From the NCBI GenBank assembly GCA_963737265.1, contig CAVTRY010000007.1:256001-320000 (forward strand): a stretch of DNA of 64,000 nt, read 5' to 3'. The stretch comes from an uncultured delta proteobacterium. Its GTDB lineage: Bacteria > Myxococcota_A > Polyangia > Fen-1088. Every line of letters starts with the position of its first letter. Positions within the stretch are counted from its first letter, which is position 1. A program made the translations under genes and the position numbers. The notes beneath the pieces were generated by a model. That model did not search any database, had not been told where the DNA came from, and was given only the letters and a program-made list of their open reading frames with translations. Below are positions 21,622 through 32,682 of this stretch, in pieces.

Positions 21622-22857
21622 TCAAACAGGCAACGCCGCCAGGAACGCGGATGCATCTAGCACACGAACATCCCCGGCGGTGCCCGCTTCGATGTGATCT
21701 CCGACCACCAGAAACCTATGTCGGATGCCCAATCGGCTGGCGAAGTAGCGAATCGATGCGCCAGGGTTGGTCTTGCTCGCCTTCACCTCGATGATCAGCC
21801 AAGGCTTTCCTTCGCGGCTCACCAGGAAGTCTACTTCACGCCCTTCCTTGTCACGAAGATAGTGCAGATCCAGCCGTGGGTAGCCCCAATCCTGGGTGAA
21901 CTGGCACCACTTGAGCAGATGACTGGCGATCAGGTTTTCGAGGCGTGCGCCAGGCTGAGACACGGCCGACCAGTCCCACAAAAACACCTTGGGCTCACGA
22001 CGCAAGGTTCTGGCCATCCGGCCAGCAAACGGCCGAAGCAAGTAGAGGTAGTACAGTCGTTCGAGGTAGCTGACCCACAGGCGCACCGAGTCCAGTGCAA
22101 CCTGCAAGTCCTCGCGTAGGGAATTGTATGACAAGACTCCGCCACATCGCGAGTCGAGCAGTTCGACGAGTTGTTCGACATGGGAGATAAGCTGGATTCG
22201 CGAGAGATCCCGCAGATCCTCCCGCAGCAAGAGATCCTTCCGTTCGCGGTGCCACAGACGCAAGCGTCGTTCGTTTTGATCCAGGAATGGTTCTGGAAAT
22301 CCCCCGAATCGATGTAGGGACTCGAAAGCCTCGCGCACGGCGGGTTCGGGGCGGCCGCCAAGGCTGTCCAGCCGTTTCAAGGTGTCATCGAGGTCGTACT
22401 TCTGTGAGGGGCTGTTGGGATCAAGCAATTCGCGCACGGACAGCGGGTGCATTCGATACTGGTGGTAGCGGCCAAGCAAGCTGTCGCCGCCACGCTGATA
22501 GACATCGAGACGACCACTTCCGGTAACGAACACGTCACACCGGTCCTTGCGAGTATCCCAAAGCCCCTTGAGAAACCGCTTCCAGCGGGGATACCGATGA
22601 ATTTCGTCAAGCACGACGAGCGGCCTTTCGCCCGGTTTGTGCGTCCGGTACTGGTCGACAAAGGCAAAAGGCTCACGGGCAAAGGCCGAGCGCCAAGCCG
22701 GGTCGTCCCAGTTCCGATAGAGGTCTTTCGAGTGCCGGATTTCCAGCAGCGCATGCCCGAGCGTGGTCTTGCCCACCTGGCGTGGACCCACGACAAAAGC
22801 CATGCGACGCTGGGGAAAGTGGCCCTTCAACAGAAGGTGTTCGAGACTCCGCTGCAC
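21622..22857 (-). CDS. AAA_14 ATPase with DUF4143 C-terminus
   Basis: GPRQVGKT, LDEIH, TGS, GGFPE and EVDF...IEVK motifs. Confidence 0.9.
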   Translation of the reverse strand: MQRSLEHLLLKGHFPQRRMAFVVGPRQVGKTTLGHALLEIRHSKDLYRNWDDPAWRSAFAREPFAFVDQYRTHKPGERPLVVLDEIHRYPRWKRFLKGLWDTRKDRCDVFVTGSGRLDVYQRGGDSLLGRYHQYRMHPLSVRELLDPNSPSQKYDLDDTLKRLDSLGGRPEPAVREAFESLHRFGGFPEPFLDQNERRLRLWHRERKDLLLREDLRDLSRIQLISHVEQLVELLDSRCGGVLSYNSLREDLQVALDSVRLWVSYLERLYYLYLLRPFAGRMARTLRREPKVFLWDWSAVSQPGARLENLIASHLLKWCQFTQDWGYPRLDLHYLRDKEGREVDFLVSREGKPWLIIEVKASKTNPGASIRYFASRLGIRHRFLVVGDHIEAGTAGDVRVLDASAFLAALPV

Positions 22858-22999
22858 ATGACCAAGTTCTAATATCCTGGTAGAAAGTCAAGACCATTTA
22901 CCAGAAGGCTGGTAGAAGGTCGTATGCCATTTAAGCATTCGCTCGCCCTGGCGGTGGGCTCGGAAAAGTGTAGAACGTCGTGATTCCCCCCGTCCTCCC

Positions 23000-23530
23000 A
23001 TGATCCAGTCCCTCGAGCTTTGGCTTGTGCGCCACGGAGAATCGACCTTCAACGCCGAAGGACGATTCGCGGGCTGGTCGGATCCGCCTCTCACACTGGC
23101 GGGCGAGGCGATGGCGCGAGCGCTGGTTCCCCGGTTGGCCGGTATTCACTTCGATGGAATCTGGCGCTCCGATCTCATTCGGACGCGCGAGACGGCGCGC
23201 CTCGCCGGTTTTTCCGACGTTCCCGCCGACGCGCGCCTGCGCGAGATCCACTTCGGCGACTTGGAGGGCCGGACCTTCGTCGAGATGGACGACGAATGGC
23301 GGGAGCGCCTGCGATCCTTTGCCGACTTCGTTGCTCCTGGCGGTGAGTCGGCCGCGCAGCTCCGATGGCGCGCCGAAGCCTTCGTCGCGGGCCTGGCCCC
23401 AGGCCGCCACCTGATATTCTCGCATGGAGGTTGGATCCGAAGCCTCATGGCAGTGTGCAGATCCGATCGCTTCCCGGATAAGGCCGAGCTGGTGAAAATC
23501 GACTGGCCGAGGCGCGAGATTCTTCCGTGA
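23000..23530 (+). CDS. Histidine phosphatase family (CobC/PGM-like)
   Basis: RHGES, LREIHFGDLEG and SHGG motifs; coupled to cobQ. Confidence 0.9.
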   Translation: MIQSLELWLVRHGESTFNAEGRFAGWSDPPLTLAGEAMARALVPRLAGIHFDGIWRSDLIRTRETARLAGFSDVPADARLREIHFGDLEGRTFVEMDDEWRERLRSFADFVAPGGESAAQLRWRAEAFVAGLAPGRHLIFSHGGWIRSLMAVCRSDRFPDKAELVKIDWPRREILP

Positions 23531-24981
23531 GCGCGAAGGCGATCATGGTCTGGGGATGTACCTCCGACGCGGGGAAGTCGTTTCTCGCCACGGCGCTGTG
23601 CCGTTGGTTTTCCAACCAGGGACTGAAGACGGCGCCGTTCAAAGCCCAGAACATGAGCAACAACGCGCGGGTCGCGATGGGCGGCGAGATGGGAAGCGCG
23701 CAGTGGCTGCAAGCCAAGGCGGCCCGGCGCGAGCCCGAGGTACGCTTCAATCCCATCCTGCTAAAACCCGAACGCGACACCGCGAGCCAGGTGGTGGTGC
23801 TCGGCCAGGTGGATCAGGAACTGTCCGAGATGGAGTGGCGGCGCCGCTCGCCCCTGCTGTGGGAGCGGGCGCGCCCGGCATTGCACGATTTGATGGCGGA
23901 CAACGACGTCGTGGTGATCGAAGGAGCGGGAAGCCCGGCGGAGATCAACCTCGCCGATGCGGACTACGTGAACCTTGAGACTGCGCGCGAGTCCAAGGCG
24001 CGCTGCCTGCTCATTTCCGACATCGACCGCGGCGGCGCCTTCGCCCATCTCTTCGGCACATGGTCGCTGCTTCCCGCGGATCTGCAACCGCGGCTTTCTG
24101 GGTTCGTGCTCAACAAGTTCCGGGGCGATGCATCCCTGCTCGAACCAGGCCCGCGCGAGCTGCACGCGCGCACCGGGATTCCCGTGCTTGGAACCATCCC
24201 CCTTGTCGCCCACGAATTGCCCGACGAGGACGCGGTGGCACTGGACCATTTCCCATCACCCGACCGAGACGGGGAAAGATTCCGCGTAGGCGTCGTGGCG
24301 TGGCCGCGCATCTCGAACTTCGACGAGTTCCGTCGCTTGGGCTCGTGGCCGGGCGTGCGCCTGCGCTTGGTGCGACGCCCGGAGCAGGTCGACGGCCTGG
24401 ACCTTTTGATCCTGCCCGGATCCAAGCACGTCCCCAGCGACCTCGGCTGGCTGCGCGAGCGCGGCCTCGATTCGGCGGTGCACGCCTTCGCGCGCGCCGG
24501 GAAACCAGTGCTTGGCGTGTGTGGCGGGATGCAGGCGCTAGCGGGCCGCATCGACGATCCCTCTGGCCGAGAGGGAAAAGCGGTGGGTCTCGGACTGCTG
24601 CCGTTTTCCACGATCCACGGGTCGCACAAGATCGTGCGCAAGTCCGAAGTCGCCGTTCCGGTTTTGGGCGGTTTCTGGAAACCGCTGGCGCAACGAAGAC
24701 TGACGGGCTACGAGATCCGCACCGGCACCGTGGCGGGCGTTGATCCGGATTCGATCCAGGCGTCAGTCCAAGCCCGCGGAAATGTCCTCGGCATTTACTT
24801 GCACGGCGTCTTCGAGCACGCGGAAATCCTGGCCGCGCTCTTCGGCGGCGACGCTAGCTCCCCCGATCCGCTGGAGAAGACCTTCGAGGATTTGGCCCGC
24901 CTTGCTGGGGAACACGTGGACATGAAGACCATTTCCGAGTGGGTCGATCCCACCTGCCCTGAATTTCCCGACAAGCTCTAG
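23527..24981 (+). CDS. cobQ: Cobyric acid synthase
   Basis: SDAGKS, PFKAQNMSNN, EGAGSPAEIN, GVCGGMQ and YLHG motifs. Confidence 0.95.
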   Translation: MSAKAIMVWGCTSDAGKSFLATALCRWFSNQGLKTAPFKAQNMSNNARVAMGGEMGSAQWLQAKAARREPEVRFNPILLKPERDTASQVVVLGQVDQELSEMEWRRRSPLLWERARPALHDLMADNDVVVIEGAGSPAEINLADADYVNLETARESKARCLLISDIDRGGAFAHLFGTWSLLPADLQPRLSGFVLNKFRGDASLLEPGPRELHARTGIPVLGTIPLVAHELPDEDAVALDHFPSPDRDGERFRVGVVAWPRISNFDEFRRLGSWPGVRLRLVRRPEQVDGLDLLILPGSKHVPSDLGWLRERGLDSAVHAFARAGKPVLGVCGGMQALAGRIDDPSGREGKAVGLGLLPFSTIHGSHKIVRKSEVAVPVLGGFWKPLAQRRLTGYEIRTGTVAGVDPDSIQASVQARGNVLGIYLHGVFEHAEILAALFGGDASSPDPLEKTFEDLARLAGEHVDMKTISEWVDPTCPEFPDKL

Positions 24982-25051
24982 CGAGACGCTTCAGGGCAGG
25001 AGTTCCCGGTTGTGCCTGTGCCAAGGCCAGCAAGGTAGGTATACTTCGTCC

Positions 25052-25633
25052 ATGGCCGACGCAGCGGGGAAGGTTGCAACGTACGACGACGTGCTGGCCG
25101 CACCTCCGCACATGGTGGCGGAGATCGTGGATGGCGAGCTGATCCTTTCACCCAGACCCGCGTCGCCGCACGGGGCGGCCGCCAGCACGCTGGGCGAGGA
25201 ACTGGGACCACCCTTCAAGCGAGGACGCGGCGGACCTGGAGGCTGGATTATCGTCGACGAGCCCGAGCTGCATTTCGCGGGTAACGTGCTGGTGCCCGAT
25301 CTGGCGGGCTGGCGGCGCGAGCGCATGGCGCTGTTGCCGGACGCGCCCTTTCTGACCCTGGCCCCGGACTGGATTTGCGAAGTCCTTTCCCCCGGCTCGG
25401 CGCGCTTCGATCGCAAGAAGAAGATGCCCATCTACGGCCAAGAAGGCGTGCGCAACGCTTGGCTGGTGGATCCCGTGGAACGGACCTTGGAGGTCTACCG
25501 CCTGGCCGACGCGCACTGGTCGCTGCTGGCCACGTTTTCCGACGACGAGCACGTGCGGGCCGAACCCTTCGACGCCATCGAGCTTGAGCTTGGCCTGCTG
25601 TGGGCCGACGTCGAGCTGGCCTCAGCAAAGTAG
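25052..25633 (+). CDS. Uma2 family endonuclease
   Basis: EIVDGEL, VPDLAGW, PDWICEVLSP and WLVDP motifs. Confidence 0.92.
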   Translation: MADAAGKVATYDDVLAAPPHMVAEIVDGELILSPRPASPHGAAASTLGEELGPPFKRGRGGPGGWIIVDEPELHFAGNVLVPDLAGWRRERMALLPDAPFLTLAPDWICEVLSPGSARFDRKKKMPIYGQEGVRNAWLVDPVERTLEVYRLADAHWSLLATFSDDEHVRAEPFDAIELELGLLWADVELASAK

Positions 25634-25651
25634 CGCCCAATCGCGGCACGA

Positions 25652-25993
25652 TCACGAGCCCATTTGCAGGACTTTGGTCAGCTTGGTGATGAGCGTCGAG
25701 TCGCCGGTGATCTTGAGTTTGCCGGCGAGGAAGATCTGCATGGCGGCTTGCAAGCCGCCATCGATCATGGCGCAGAAGTCAGTATCCGCCACCTCGATGG
25801 TGCATTGGGGTTGGCCGGATTCGCCGGGCGTGCACGTGGGCGGCGTCGCCTGCAAATCCGCGGTCCATGTGCCGCCGTCGTTGCCACCGATCTTGAACAG
25901 GTAGGTAGCGGCGACATCCTTGGCCCGGCTGGGATTGGCCAGCAGGGCGGCGGGTACGCGTTTGTCGAAAAATTCCTTCACCGATGTGGCCAT
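25652..25993 (-). CDS. SCP2 sterol/lipid-binding domain protein
   Basis: GGTWTADL and FLAGKLKITGD motifs. Confidence 0.88.
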   Translation of the reverse strand: MATSVKEFFDKRVPAALLANPSRAKDVAATYLFKIGGNDGGTWTADLQATPPTCTPGESGQPQCTIEVADTDFCAMIDGGLQAAMQIFLAGKLKITGDSTLITKLTKVLQMGS

Positions 25994-26013
25994 CCGGTCC
26001 TCCCAGTGCGTCT

Positions 26014-27435
26014 TCAGCGCGAAGCTTTCTTCCGGCTGTGGTAACGCTCGGCCAAACGGTCAGCGTACCCGTCGATCTGCTTACACGGAACGCGCGAAAT
26101 AGCCAGCGCCCCATCGCGAACGTCTTCAATGATGGTTGCGCCCGCGGCCACCACCGCGCGCTTGCCCACGCGCACCGGCGCGACCAATTGCGTGTCGGAG
26201 CCGATGAAGGCACCGTCTTCGATGATGGTTTGGCATTTCTCGTAGCCGTTGTAGTTGCACGTGATGGTGCCGGCACCCACGTTGACCTTCTCGCCGACAA
26301 TCGTGTCGCCGAGGTACGTTAGGTGGTTCGCCTTGCTGCCGCGGCCGAGACGCGTCTTCTTGGTCTCGACGAAATTGCCCACGTGCACCTCGGGGCCGAG
26401 CTCGGTTCCCGGTCGCAGATGGGCGAACGGACCGACCTTGGCGTTCTCGCCGATGGTCGCCTGGCTGGCGACGCAGTAAGGAAGCAGCTGCGCGCCTTTG
26501 CCGACGACGGTGTCGCTCAGGTTCACGCCGTCGCCGACGCGCGCGAAGGCGGCGATGCGGGTGTTTCCACGCAGCACGACGTTGCGGCCGATCTCGGCGT
26601 CGGGTTCGATGGTCACCGAAGCCTCGACCACGACGTCGTCCGGCGCGCGGAAGGTCGCGCGCTCCATGTGTCCGTCGACGATGCGACGGCAAAGGATCTT
26701 TTCCGCCGCCGCCAACTGCGCGCGATCGTTGACCCCGGACACTTCCTCCACTGCGACGTCGACCGATACCACCCCGATGCTCGACGCGGCCCTGGCGACG
26801 ATGTCGGTCAGGTAGTATTCGCCCTGGGCGTTGCGCGCCGACAGCTTACTCGTCGCCTGGCGCAGGAACTCCGCCGGCGCGGCGTAAATGCCGGCATTGA
26901 TCTCGGCAATCTCGCGTTGTTTGGACGTGGCGTCCCGGTGTTCGACCACCTCGCGGATCTTGCCGCGCTCGTCCCGTACCATGCGGCCGTAGCCCGTCGG
27001 ATCGGGCACCACCGAGGTCAGCATCGCCAGCGATCCGCTCTGGGTTGCTTTCTTCACCAGGGCCATCAGCGTTTCCGTGCGCAGCAGCGGAACGTCGCCA
27101 TACAGGATCACCACCATGCCGTTGAAATTCGCCAGCGGTTTCAGCCCTAGTCGCACCGCATGGCCGGTTCCCTTCTGCTCCTTCTGATTGACCACCGTGA
27201 CGCAGTTCGGTCCGAAGCGGCTTTCGAGCGTCTTCGCCACGTCGTCGATCTGATGCCCGAGCACCGCCACGATGGGCGACGCGCCGAGATCCCGAGCGCG
27301 CTCGACGGCGTAGGCCGCCATGGGAACGCCGAGCAACGTGTGCAGGACCTTGGTTTTGGCCGAATTCATCCGGGTTCCCTTCCCGGCGGCGAGGATGAGA
27401 CATGCGGTTTTCACTTTTGCGGGACGTCGGCTCAC
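26014..27435 (-). CDS. glmU: Bifunctional UDP-GlcNAc pyrophosphorylase / GlcN-1-P acetyltransferase
   Basis: LAAGKGTRM, GTGHA, QGEYYLTD, GNFVETK and hexapeptide repeats. Confidence 0.96.
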   Translation of the reverse strand: MSRRPAKVKTACLILAAGKGTRMNSAKTKVLHTLLGVPMAAYAVERARDLGASPIVAVLGHQIDDVAKTLESRFGPNCVTVVNQKEQKGTGHAVRLGLKPLANFNGMVVILYGDVPLLRTETLMALVKKATQSGSLAMLTSVVPDPTGYGRMVRDERGKIREVVEHRDATSKQREIAEINAGIYAAPAEFLRQATSKLSARNAQGEYYLTDIVARAASSIGVVSVDVAVEEVSGVNDRAQLAAAEKILCRRIVDGHMERATFRAPDDVVVEASVTIEPDAEIGRNVVLRGNTRIAAFARVGDGVNLSDTVVGKGAQLLPYCVASQATIGENAKVGPFAHLRPGTELGPEVHVGNFVETKKTRLGRGSKANHLTYLGDTIVGEKVNVGAGTITCNYNGYEKCQTIIEDGAFIGSDTQLVAPVRVGKRAVVAAGATIIEDVRDGALAISRVPCKQIDGYADRLAERYHSRKKASR

Positions 27436-27533
27436 AGGGGGAACTCCTTCGCGGTGCGGGGCATTCTACGTCAAAGTCTCGCTCTGGCGTCTTTTCCGCG
27501 CGAATCACGAATACGGTATAGAATCTCTCGTCG

Positions 27534-29558
27534 ATGGCACCCTACGTGCTCGTGGTCGAGAGCGACCCCGAATTGCAGCGTCGCATCGGGGATACCCTCT
27601 CCGAAGCGCACTACGCGCTTGCCGCCGAGGCCGAAATCGGCTGGGCCAAGCGCAGCATGCTCATCCAGCCGCCCGACGCCGTGGTGGTCGACACAGCCTT
27701 GCCCGATGGCAGCGGTTTCATGCTTGCCGAGGAAGTCCGCCGGGTGGCAGAAACCGAAAATACACCCATCTTCTTCGTGGCGACGACCCACCGCGGGGCC
27801 AGTCACGCCAGCGAGGCCAAGCGGCGCTTCGCCCCCGCCGAGTATCTGACCGCGCCGCTCGACGTGTCCCGCCTGCTGGCGCTGCTGCTCGAAATGGTTC
27901 CCCCCAGCGAGCCGACGACGCTGGAGCCGGTGGTTGCCGACTATCCGGGCTCGGCCATCGTCGATCTCGACGACGTCAGTGACGTCGATGACCTCGATCA
28001 AAAGCGCGAGCGCCGCCACGTCGAATCGACGGCCAAGCATATGGTTCCGAGCCACGCCGACTTGCGCGGATCGCTGGCGCGTCAGCCGTTCGCCCATGTT
28101 TTGCAGCGGATCTACGCTGGCCGTCTGTCCGGCGCGCTCTTGCTCACGAATGCGTCGGTCAAGAAAATCGTCTCCATGGAAGGCGGTTACCCGGTCGCCG
28201 TGCGCTCCAACGTTCCCACCGAGTGCTTGGGGCAGATTCTGCTCCAGCAACGGATGATTTCAGCCGAGAGCCTCGCCGAATCGCTGCGCCAAATGAAGCT
28301 GAGCAAGCGGCGCCAGGGCGAGCTTCTGGTCGAGATGGGCGCCCTCTCTCCTTACAATCTGTCGCGCGCCTTGGTGTTGCAGATGGAGGCCAAGCTGCTC
28401 GAGGTGTTCTCGTGGCGCGATGGCCGCTTCTCGTTCAAGAAGGGTCAGCCGGGGCACGACCAGCAGGTGCGGCTGGATCGCTCGCCGGCGGCGCTCATCC
28501 TTGAAGGCATTCGGCGCAGCTACGACGCCGAACGCATGCACAGCGTGCTTGGCCCCTTTATCGGTCTATACCTCATGCCGTCCCCCGATCGCCGGCAGCG
28601 CCTGCAGGACATCACCGCCGATCCCAACGAGCAGCGCTTCATCGACAGCCTCGACGGCAGCGTGAAGTTCGAAACCGCGCTCGCCTCGACCATGGTTCCC
28701 ACCGATCGTGCTCGGCTGCTGCTGGTGGCGATGGCCGAGGCGGGCATGATCATCCCTGCCCGCCAGTCTACGCGCCAGCCCACCCAACCGCACGTGCCTG
28801 CCTCGGCCCAACAACCTGAGCCCGCGGAGGACTCGCAGCCTCATCTGTCCGCTGGCGAGCGCAGTCGCGACGATCTTGCGGCGATCCTGGAAGTCATGCG
28901 CCACCAGACCCACTTTGAAGTGTTGGCCCTGGATCGAGAGGCGACGCAGACCGAGGTCGATACCGCGTACGAGGTCCGCGCGCGCGACTTTCACCCCGAT
29001 CGCTTTCGCCCGCGGCCGGAAGACGTGCGCGTGGTGGCGGAGCGTATTTTCGAACGCCTGGAAGAGGCGCACGCCGTGCTTTCGGATGCGACCGCGCGTC
29101 GGCGTTACATCGCGCAGCTCGACCGGGCGAAGACGCAGAAGGCCGCCGGTGGGGCCGAGCCCGCGCCAACCGGCGAGTCCCCGCAGGTGGTCGCCGAACG
29201 TATCTATTTTCAGGGCGTGGCGCATCTGCGGGCGCGCCGCTACCGCGACGGCGCCGAGGCGTTCCGCCAGGCCACCGCCTTGGCCCCGGCCCAGGCCAGC
29301 TATCGCAGCGCGCTTGGCTGGGCCCTGTACCGCCAGGCCCCGGCGGATGCGCGCGCGGTGGCCGCGGGACTTGCCGAATTGCTCCGCGCCGTCGATTCCG
29401 ACTTGAAGAATCCGTGGTCGCGCGTTTCCCTCGGCCGCTTCTACGCCGAAACCGGGATGCCCGACGAGGCCATCCGGGTTTTCGAGGAAGTTCTGCGCAT
29501 GAGCCCCGGATTATCTGATATCGAAGAGGAAATTCGCCGTCTCAGAGGAGCATCATGA
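27534..29558 (+). CDS. Receiver / DUF4388 / DnaJ / TPR multidomain protein
   Basis: N-terminal receiver-like domain, FSWRDGRFSF (DUF4388-like), HPD motif, C-terminal TPRs. Confidence 0.8.
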   Translation: MAPYVLVVESDPELQRRIGDTLSEAHYALAAEAEIGWAKRSMLIQPPDAVVVDTALPDGSGFMLAEEVRRVAETENTPIFFVATTHRGASHASEAKRRFAPAEYLTAPLDVSRLLALLLEMVPPSEPTTLEPVVADYPGSAIVDLDDVSDVDDLDQKRERRHVESTAKHMVPSHADLRGSLARQPFAHVLQRIYAGRLSGALLLTNASVKKIVSMEGGYPVAVRSNVPTECLGQILLQQRMISAESLAESLRQMKLSKRRQGELLVEMGALSPYNLSRALVLQMEAKLLEVFSWRDGRFSFKKGQPGHDQQVRLDRSPAALILEGIRRSYDAERMHSVLGPFIGLYLMPSPDRRQRLQDITADPNEQRFIDSLDGSVKFETALASTMVPTDRARLLLVAMAEAGMIIPARQSTRQPTQPHVPASAQQPEPAEDSQPHLSAGERSRDDLAAILEVMRHQTHFEVLALDREATQTEVDTAYEVRARDFHPDRFRPRPEDVRVVAERIFERLEEAHAVLSDATARRRYIAQLDRAKTQKAAGGAEPAPTGESPQVVAERIYFQGVAHLRARRYRDGAEAFRQATALAPAQASYRSALGWALYRQAPADARAVAAGLAELLRAVDSDLKNPWSRVSLGRFYAETGMPDEAIRVFEEVLRMSPGLSDIEEEIRRLRGAS

Positions 29559-30472
29559 TTCAGTCCGATTTCGCCTGGATGAACGGGAAGCTCATCCCCT
29601 TCGCCCAAGCGACCACCCACATTTCCGCCTTCACCTTGCACTACGGGGTGGCTGCCTTCGAAGGCATCCGCTGCTACAAACGCGCGGACGGCCGCAGCGC
29701 CGTGTTTCGCCTGCGCGAGCACATCGAACGCCTATTCGCCTCCATGAAGGTATGCGGCAACGACGTGCCGTATTCGGTAGAGCAAGTCGAAGCCGCATGT
29801 CTTGAAGTGCTGCGCGCCAACAAGCTCGACGAAGCCTACCTGCGCCCGCTGGTCTATGCCGGAGCCGGATCGCTGGGGCTCGGCGCGAAGGACGCGCCCA
29901 TCGAGACCGTGGTTATCGCCTTTCCCTGGGGCGCCTACCTTGGCGAGGAAGCTTTGGCCAAGGGGATTCGCGCCCACGTTTCCACCTTCGTGCGCGGGCA
30001 CGTGAACCACACCATGAGCAAGGCCAAGATCTCGGGCCAGTACGTGAATTCGGTGCTGGCCAAGCGCGAGGCGCAGCGCCAGGGCTTCGACGAGGCCATT
30101 ATGCTCGACGCCGACGGCCGCGTGGCCGAGGGCACGGGCGAGAACATCTTCGCCGTGCACAAGGGGCGCATCTACACCCCGCCGCTCGACATGCCCATTC
30201 TCGAAGGCATCACGCGCGACGCGGTCATCACCCTGGCCAAGGCCGCCGGCTTCGAAATCGTCGAGCAGTCGTTTACGCGCGACTTCCTCTATCAAGTGTC
30301 CGAGGTTTTTTTCACCGGCACCGCCAGCGAGGTCACGCCGGTACGCGAAGTCGACCGTCGCACCATCGGCACCGGGCAGCCCGGGCCGGTCACGCGCAAG
30401 TTGCAGGCGGCCTATTCCGCGGTGGTGAAGGGGCCAGGCGAACCTCATCCCGAATGGCTTGCGTACGCCTAA
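29555..30472 (+). CDS. ilvE: Branched-chain amino acid aminotransferase
   Basis: [25 protein letters not shown] and LEGITR motifs. Confidence 0.95.
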   Translation: MIQSDFAWMNGKLIPFAQATTHISAFTLHYGVAAFEGIRCYKRADGRSAVFRLREHIERLFASMKVCGNDVPYSVEQVEAACLEVLRANKLDEAYLRPLVYAGAGSLGLGAKDAPIETVVIAFPWGAYLGEEALAKGIRAHVSTFVRGHVNHTMSKAKISGQYVNSVLAKREAQRQGFDEAIMLDADGRVAEGTGENIFAVHKGRIYTPPLDMPILEGITRDAVITLAKAAGFEIVEQSFTRDFLYQVSEVFFTGTASEVTPVREVDRRTIGTGQPGPVTRKLQAAYSAVVKGPGEPHPEWLAYA

Positions 30473-30487
30473 GATTGGCCTTGTAAC

Positions 30488-31444
30488 ATGAATCGTAAAC
30501 GCGTCCTGGTGACCGGAGGAGCGGGCTTCGTGGGCTCGCATTTGTGCGAACGCTTGCTCGCCGACGGACACGAAGTCGTATGTCTCGACAATTTTTTCAC
30601 CGGCACCCACGCCAACGTCGCCCACCTGCGCGACAACCCGCGCTTCGAACTGTTCCGCCACGACGTCCAGGAAAGCCTCACCATGGAGGTGGACCAGATT
30701 TTCCACTTGGCTTGCCCTGCCTCGCCCATCCACTACCAGCGCAATCCCGTGCGCACGATTCGCACGGCGGTCGAAGGCACGCTCAATCTACTCGACGTGG
30801 CTCGCGAGTGCGGCGCGCGCATGCTGATTGCTTCGACCTCCGAGGTATACGGCGATCCCGCCGAGCATCCGCAGACCGAAGCCTACTGGGGCAACGTCAA
30901 TCCCATCGGCCCGCGCGCCTGCTACGACGAAGGCAAGCGTTGCGCCGAGGCCCTGGCCACCGCCTACGCCAGCCAATACGGCGTCCAGGTTCGCATTGCG
31001 CGCATCTTCAATACCTACGGCCCGCGCATGCACGAGAACGACGGTCGCGTGGTTTCCAACTTCATCGTGCAAGCCCTTGCGGGCAAGCCGCTCACCCTGT
31101 TCGGCGACGGCAAGCAGACGCGCTCGTTCTGCTACGTCAGCGATCTCGTCGAGGGCTTCGTCCGCCTGATGGCCAGCGAGCACGGCTGCGATCCGGTGAA
31201 CCTCGGCAATCCGCGCGAAAGCACCATGGTCGAATTGGCGACGCTCATCCGGAGCATGGCGGGCTCGACCTCCGAGCTTGTCCATGCGCCTTTGCCCAAG
31301 GACGATCCCGTGCGCCGCAACCCCGACATCAGCCGCGCCAAGAAGCTTCTGTCCAACTGGGCGCCCGCCGTTCCCCTCGAACAGGGCCTCGCCGCAACCA
31401 TCGCGTACTTCAGAACCGTGCTCTACCCGCCATGCCCAATCTAG
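30488..31444 (+). CDS. UDP-glucuronic acid decarboxylase (SDR family)
   Basis: [26 protein letters not shown] and YDEGKR motifs. Confidence 0.93.
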   Translation: MNRKRVLVTGGAGFVGSHLCERLLADGHEVVCLDNFFTGTHANVAHLRDNPRFELFRHDVQESLTMEVDQIFHLACPASPIHYQRNPVRTIRTAVEGTLNLLDVARECGARMLIASTSEVYGDPAEHPQTEAYWGNVNPIGPRACYDEGKRCAEALATAYASQYGVQVRIARIFNTYGPRMHENDGRVVSNFIVQALAGKPLTLFGDGKQTRSFCYVSDLVEGFVRLMASEHGCDPVNLGNPRESTMVELATLIRSMAGSTSELVHAPLPKDDPVRRNPDISRAKKLLSNWAPAVPLEQGLAATIAYFRTVLYPPCPI

Positions 31445-32682
31445 AAAGTGGCACGGAGGCAACCTCCGCGTCTCCGCGCAAAACCCTGATCGTCCTCGCT
31501 GCCTTTGCGCTCGCCGGGGTCGCGTTCGCCGGGGTCTCGTCGTACGACTTCATCGCGCATCTCGACCGCCAGGTGCACGCAATCACCTGTTCGATCGTGC
31601 CTGGGCTCGGGCCGCGCGACGCCAGCGGCGCGTCCGGCTGCCACACCGTGCTGATGAGCCCATACTCGTCGGTGCTGCGCGATCTGACGTGGGGCGGAAT
31701 TCCCATTGCGCTGCCCGCATTCGGCGTCTTTGCGTTTTTGCTCTTTCGCGCCGTCGACCTGCTGCTGCGCAAGCGCATGGTGCGCAGCGAGACCGGCTTC
31801 ATGGTGGTGGCCACAGTCTTGCCGGTGTTGACGTCGATCGCCTATTCGATCGTGTCGGCGACAAAGATCGGGACGTTCTGCAAAGTCTGCGTGGGGATTT
31901 ACGCATCATCGCTGGGCGTGTTCGTGGCCGCGATCACCGCTCACCTGCTGACCAGCCCAAGCGCGGAGGGGCACGCCCGAAAGGGTTCGACGTTGAGCCT
32001 GTGGGCATTCTACTTCGTCGAGGGCGTGGCCCTGGTCGCGCTGCCGCTGCTACTCTACCTAGCGCTTAAGCCGGCGTACGCCGATTCCCTGCTGCGCACG
32101 TCGGGGCTGCGCCACCCCGACGACAAATACGGCGTGATGATCGACGCGCACAGCGGCGGCCACGTGCCAGCCGTGGAAGTGTTGGATCCGCTGTGCCCAG
32201 CCTGCAAGGGATTTTCCGAGCGCCTAGCCGCGAGCGGCCTCGGCGATCAGTTGCAGATAAAGTTCGTCCTTTTTCCGCTGGACAAGGAGTGTAACTGGAT
32301 GGTCGGCGAATCGTTGCACGCCGGTGCCTGTGCCGTCAGCGAGGCACTTTTGTGCGCGGGCGAGCGCGCTGGCGGGGTTCTTGCGTGGGCCTTCGAGCAT
32401 CAAGCCGAGCTGCGCGCCCTGGGCGGCCAGGGACAGCCCGCCATCTATGCCCGCATCAAACAGGATTTCCCCAACCTTGCCACGTGCGTGGGCCAGCCCA
32501 TGGTGCGCGCTCGCATCAACAAGGGATTGCGCTGGATTGTCGCCAATTCGTTGCCCGTGCTGACGCCGCAACTGTTCGTGCGCAACCAGAAGATTCCCGA
32601 CGAAGACACGGATCTCGGCCTCGACTACGTCCTGTCGCGCGTGCTGGCGCAGGATTCATCGGCCGGCGAAGTACGACGATGA
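31432..32682 (+). CDS. VKOR domain fused to a thioredoxin/DsbA-like domain
   Basis: TM region with loop Cys pair and CKVC; C-terminal CPAC...FPLDKECN. Confidence 0.85.
   Translation: MPNLESGTEATSASPRKTLIVLAAFALAGVAFAGVSSYDFIAHLDRQVHAITCSIVPGLGPRDASGASGCHTVLMSPYSSVLRDLTWGGIPIALPAFGVFAFLLFRAVDLLLRKRMVRSETGFMVVATVLPVLTSIAYSIVSATKIGTFCKVCVGIYASSLGVFVAAITAHLLTSPSAEGHARKGSTLSLWAFYFVEGVALVALPLLLYLALKPAYADSLLRTSGLRHPDDKYGVMIDAHSGGHVPAVEVLDPLCPACKGFSERLAASGLGDQLQIKFVLFPLDKECNWMVGESLHAGACAVSEALLCAGERAGGVLAWAFEHQAELRALGGQGQPAIYARIKQDFPNLATCVGQPMVRARINKGLRWIVANSLPVLTPQLFVRNQKIPDEDTDLGLDYVLSRVLAQDSSAGEVRR

Noticed and set aside
22860-23000. Cobalamin riboswitch upstream of the phosphatase-cobQ pair
   Set aside because: No recognisable B12-box or conserved core
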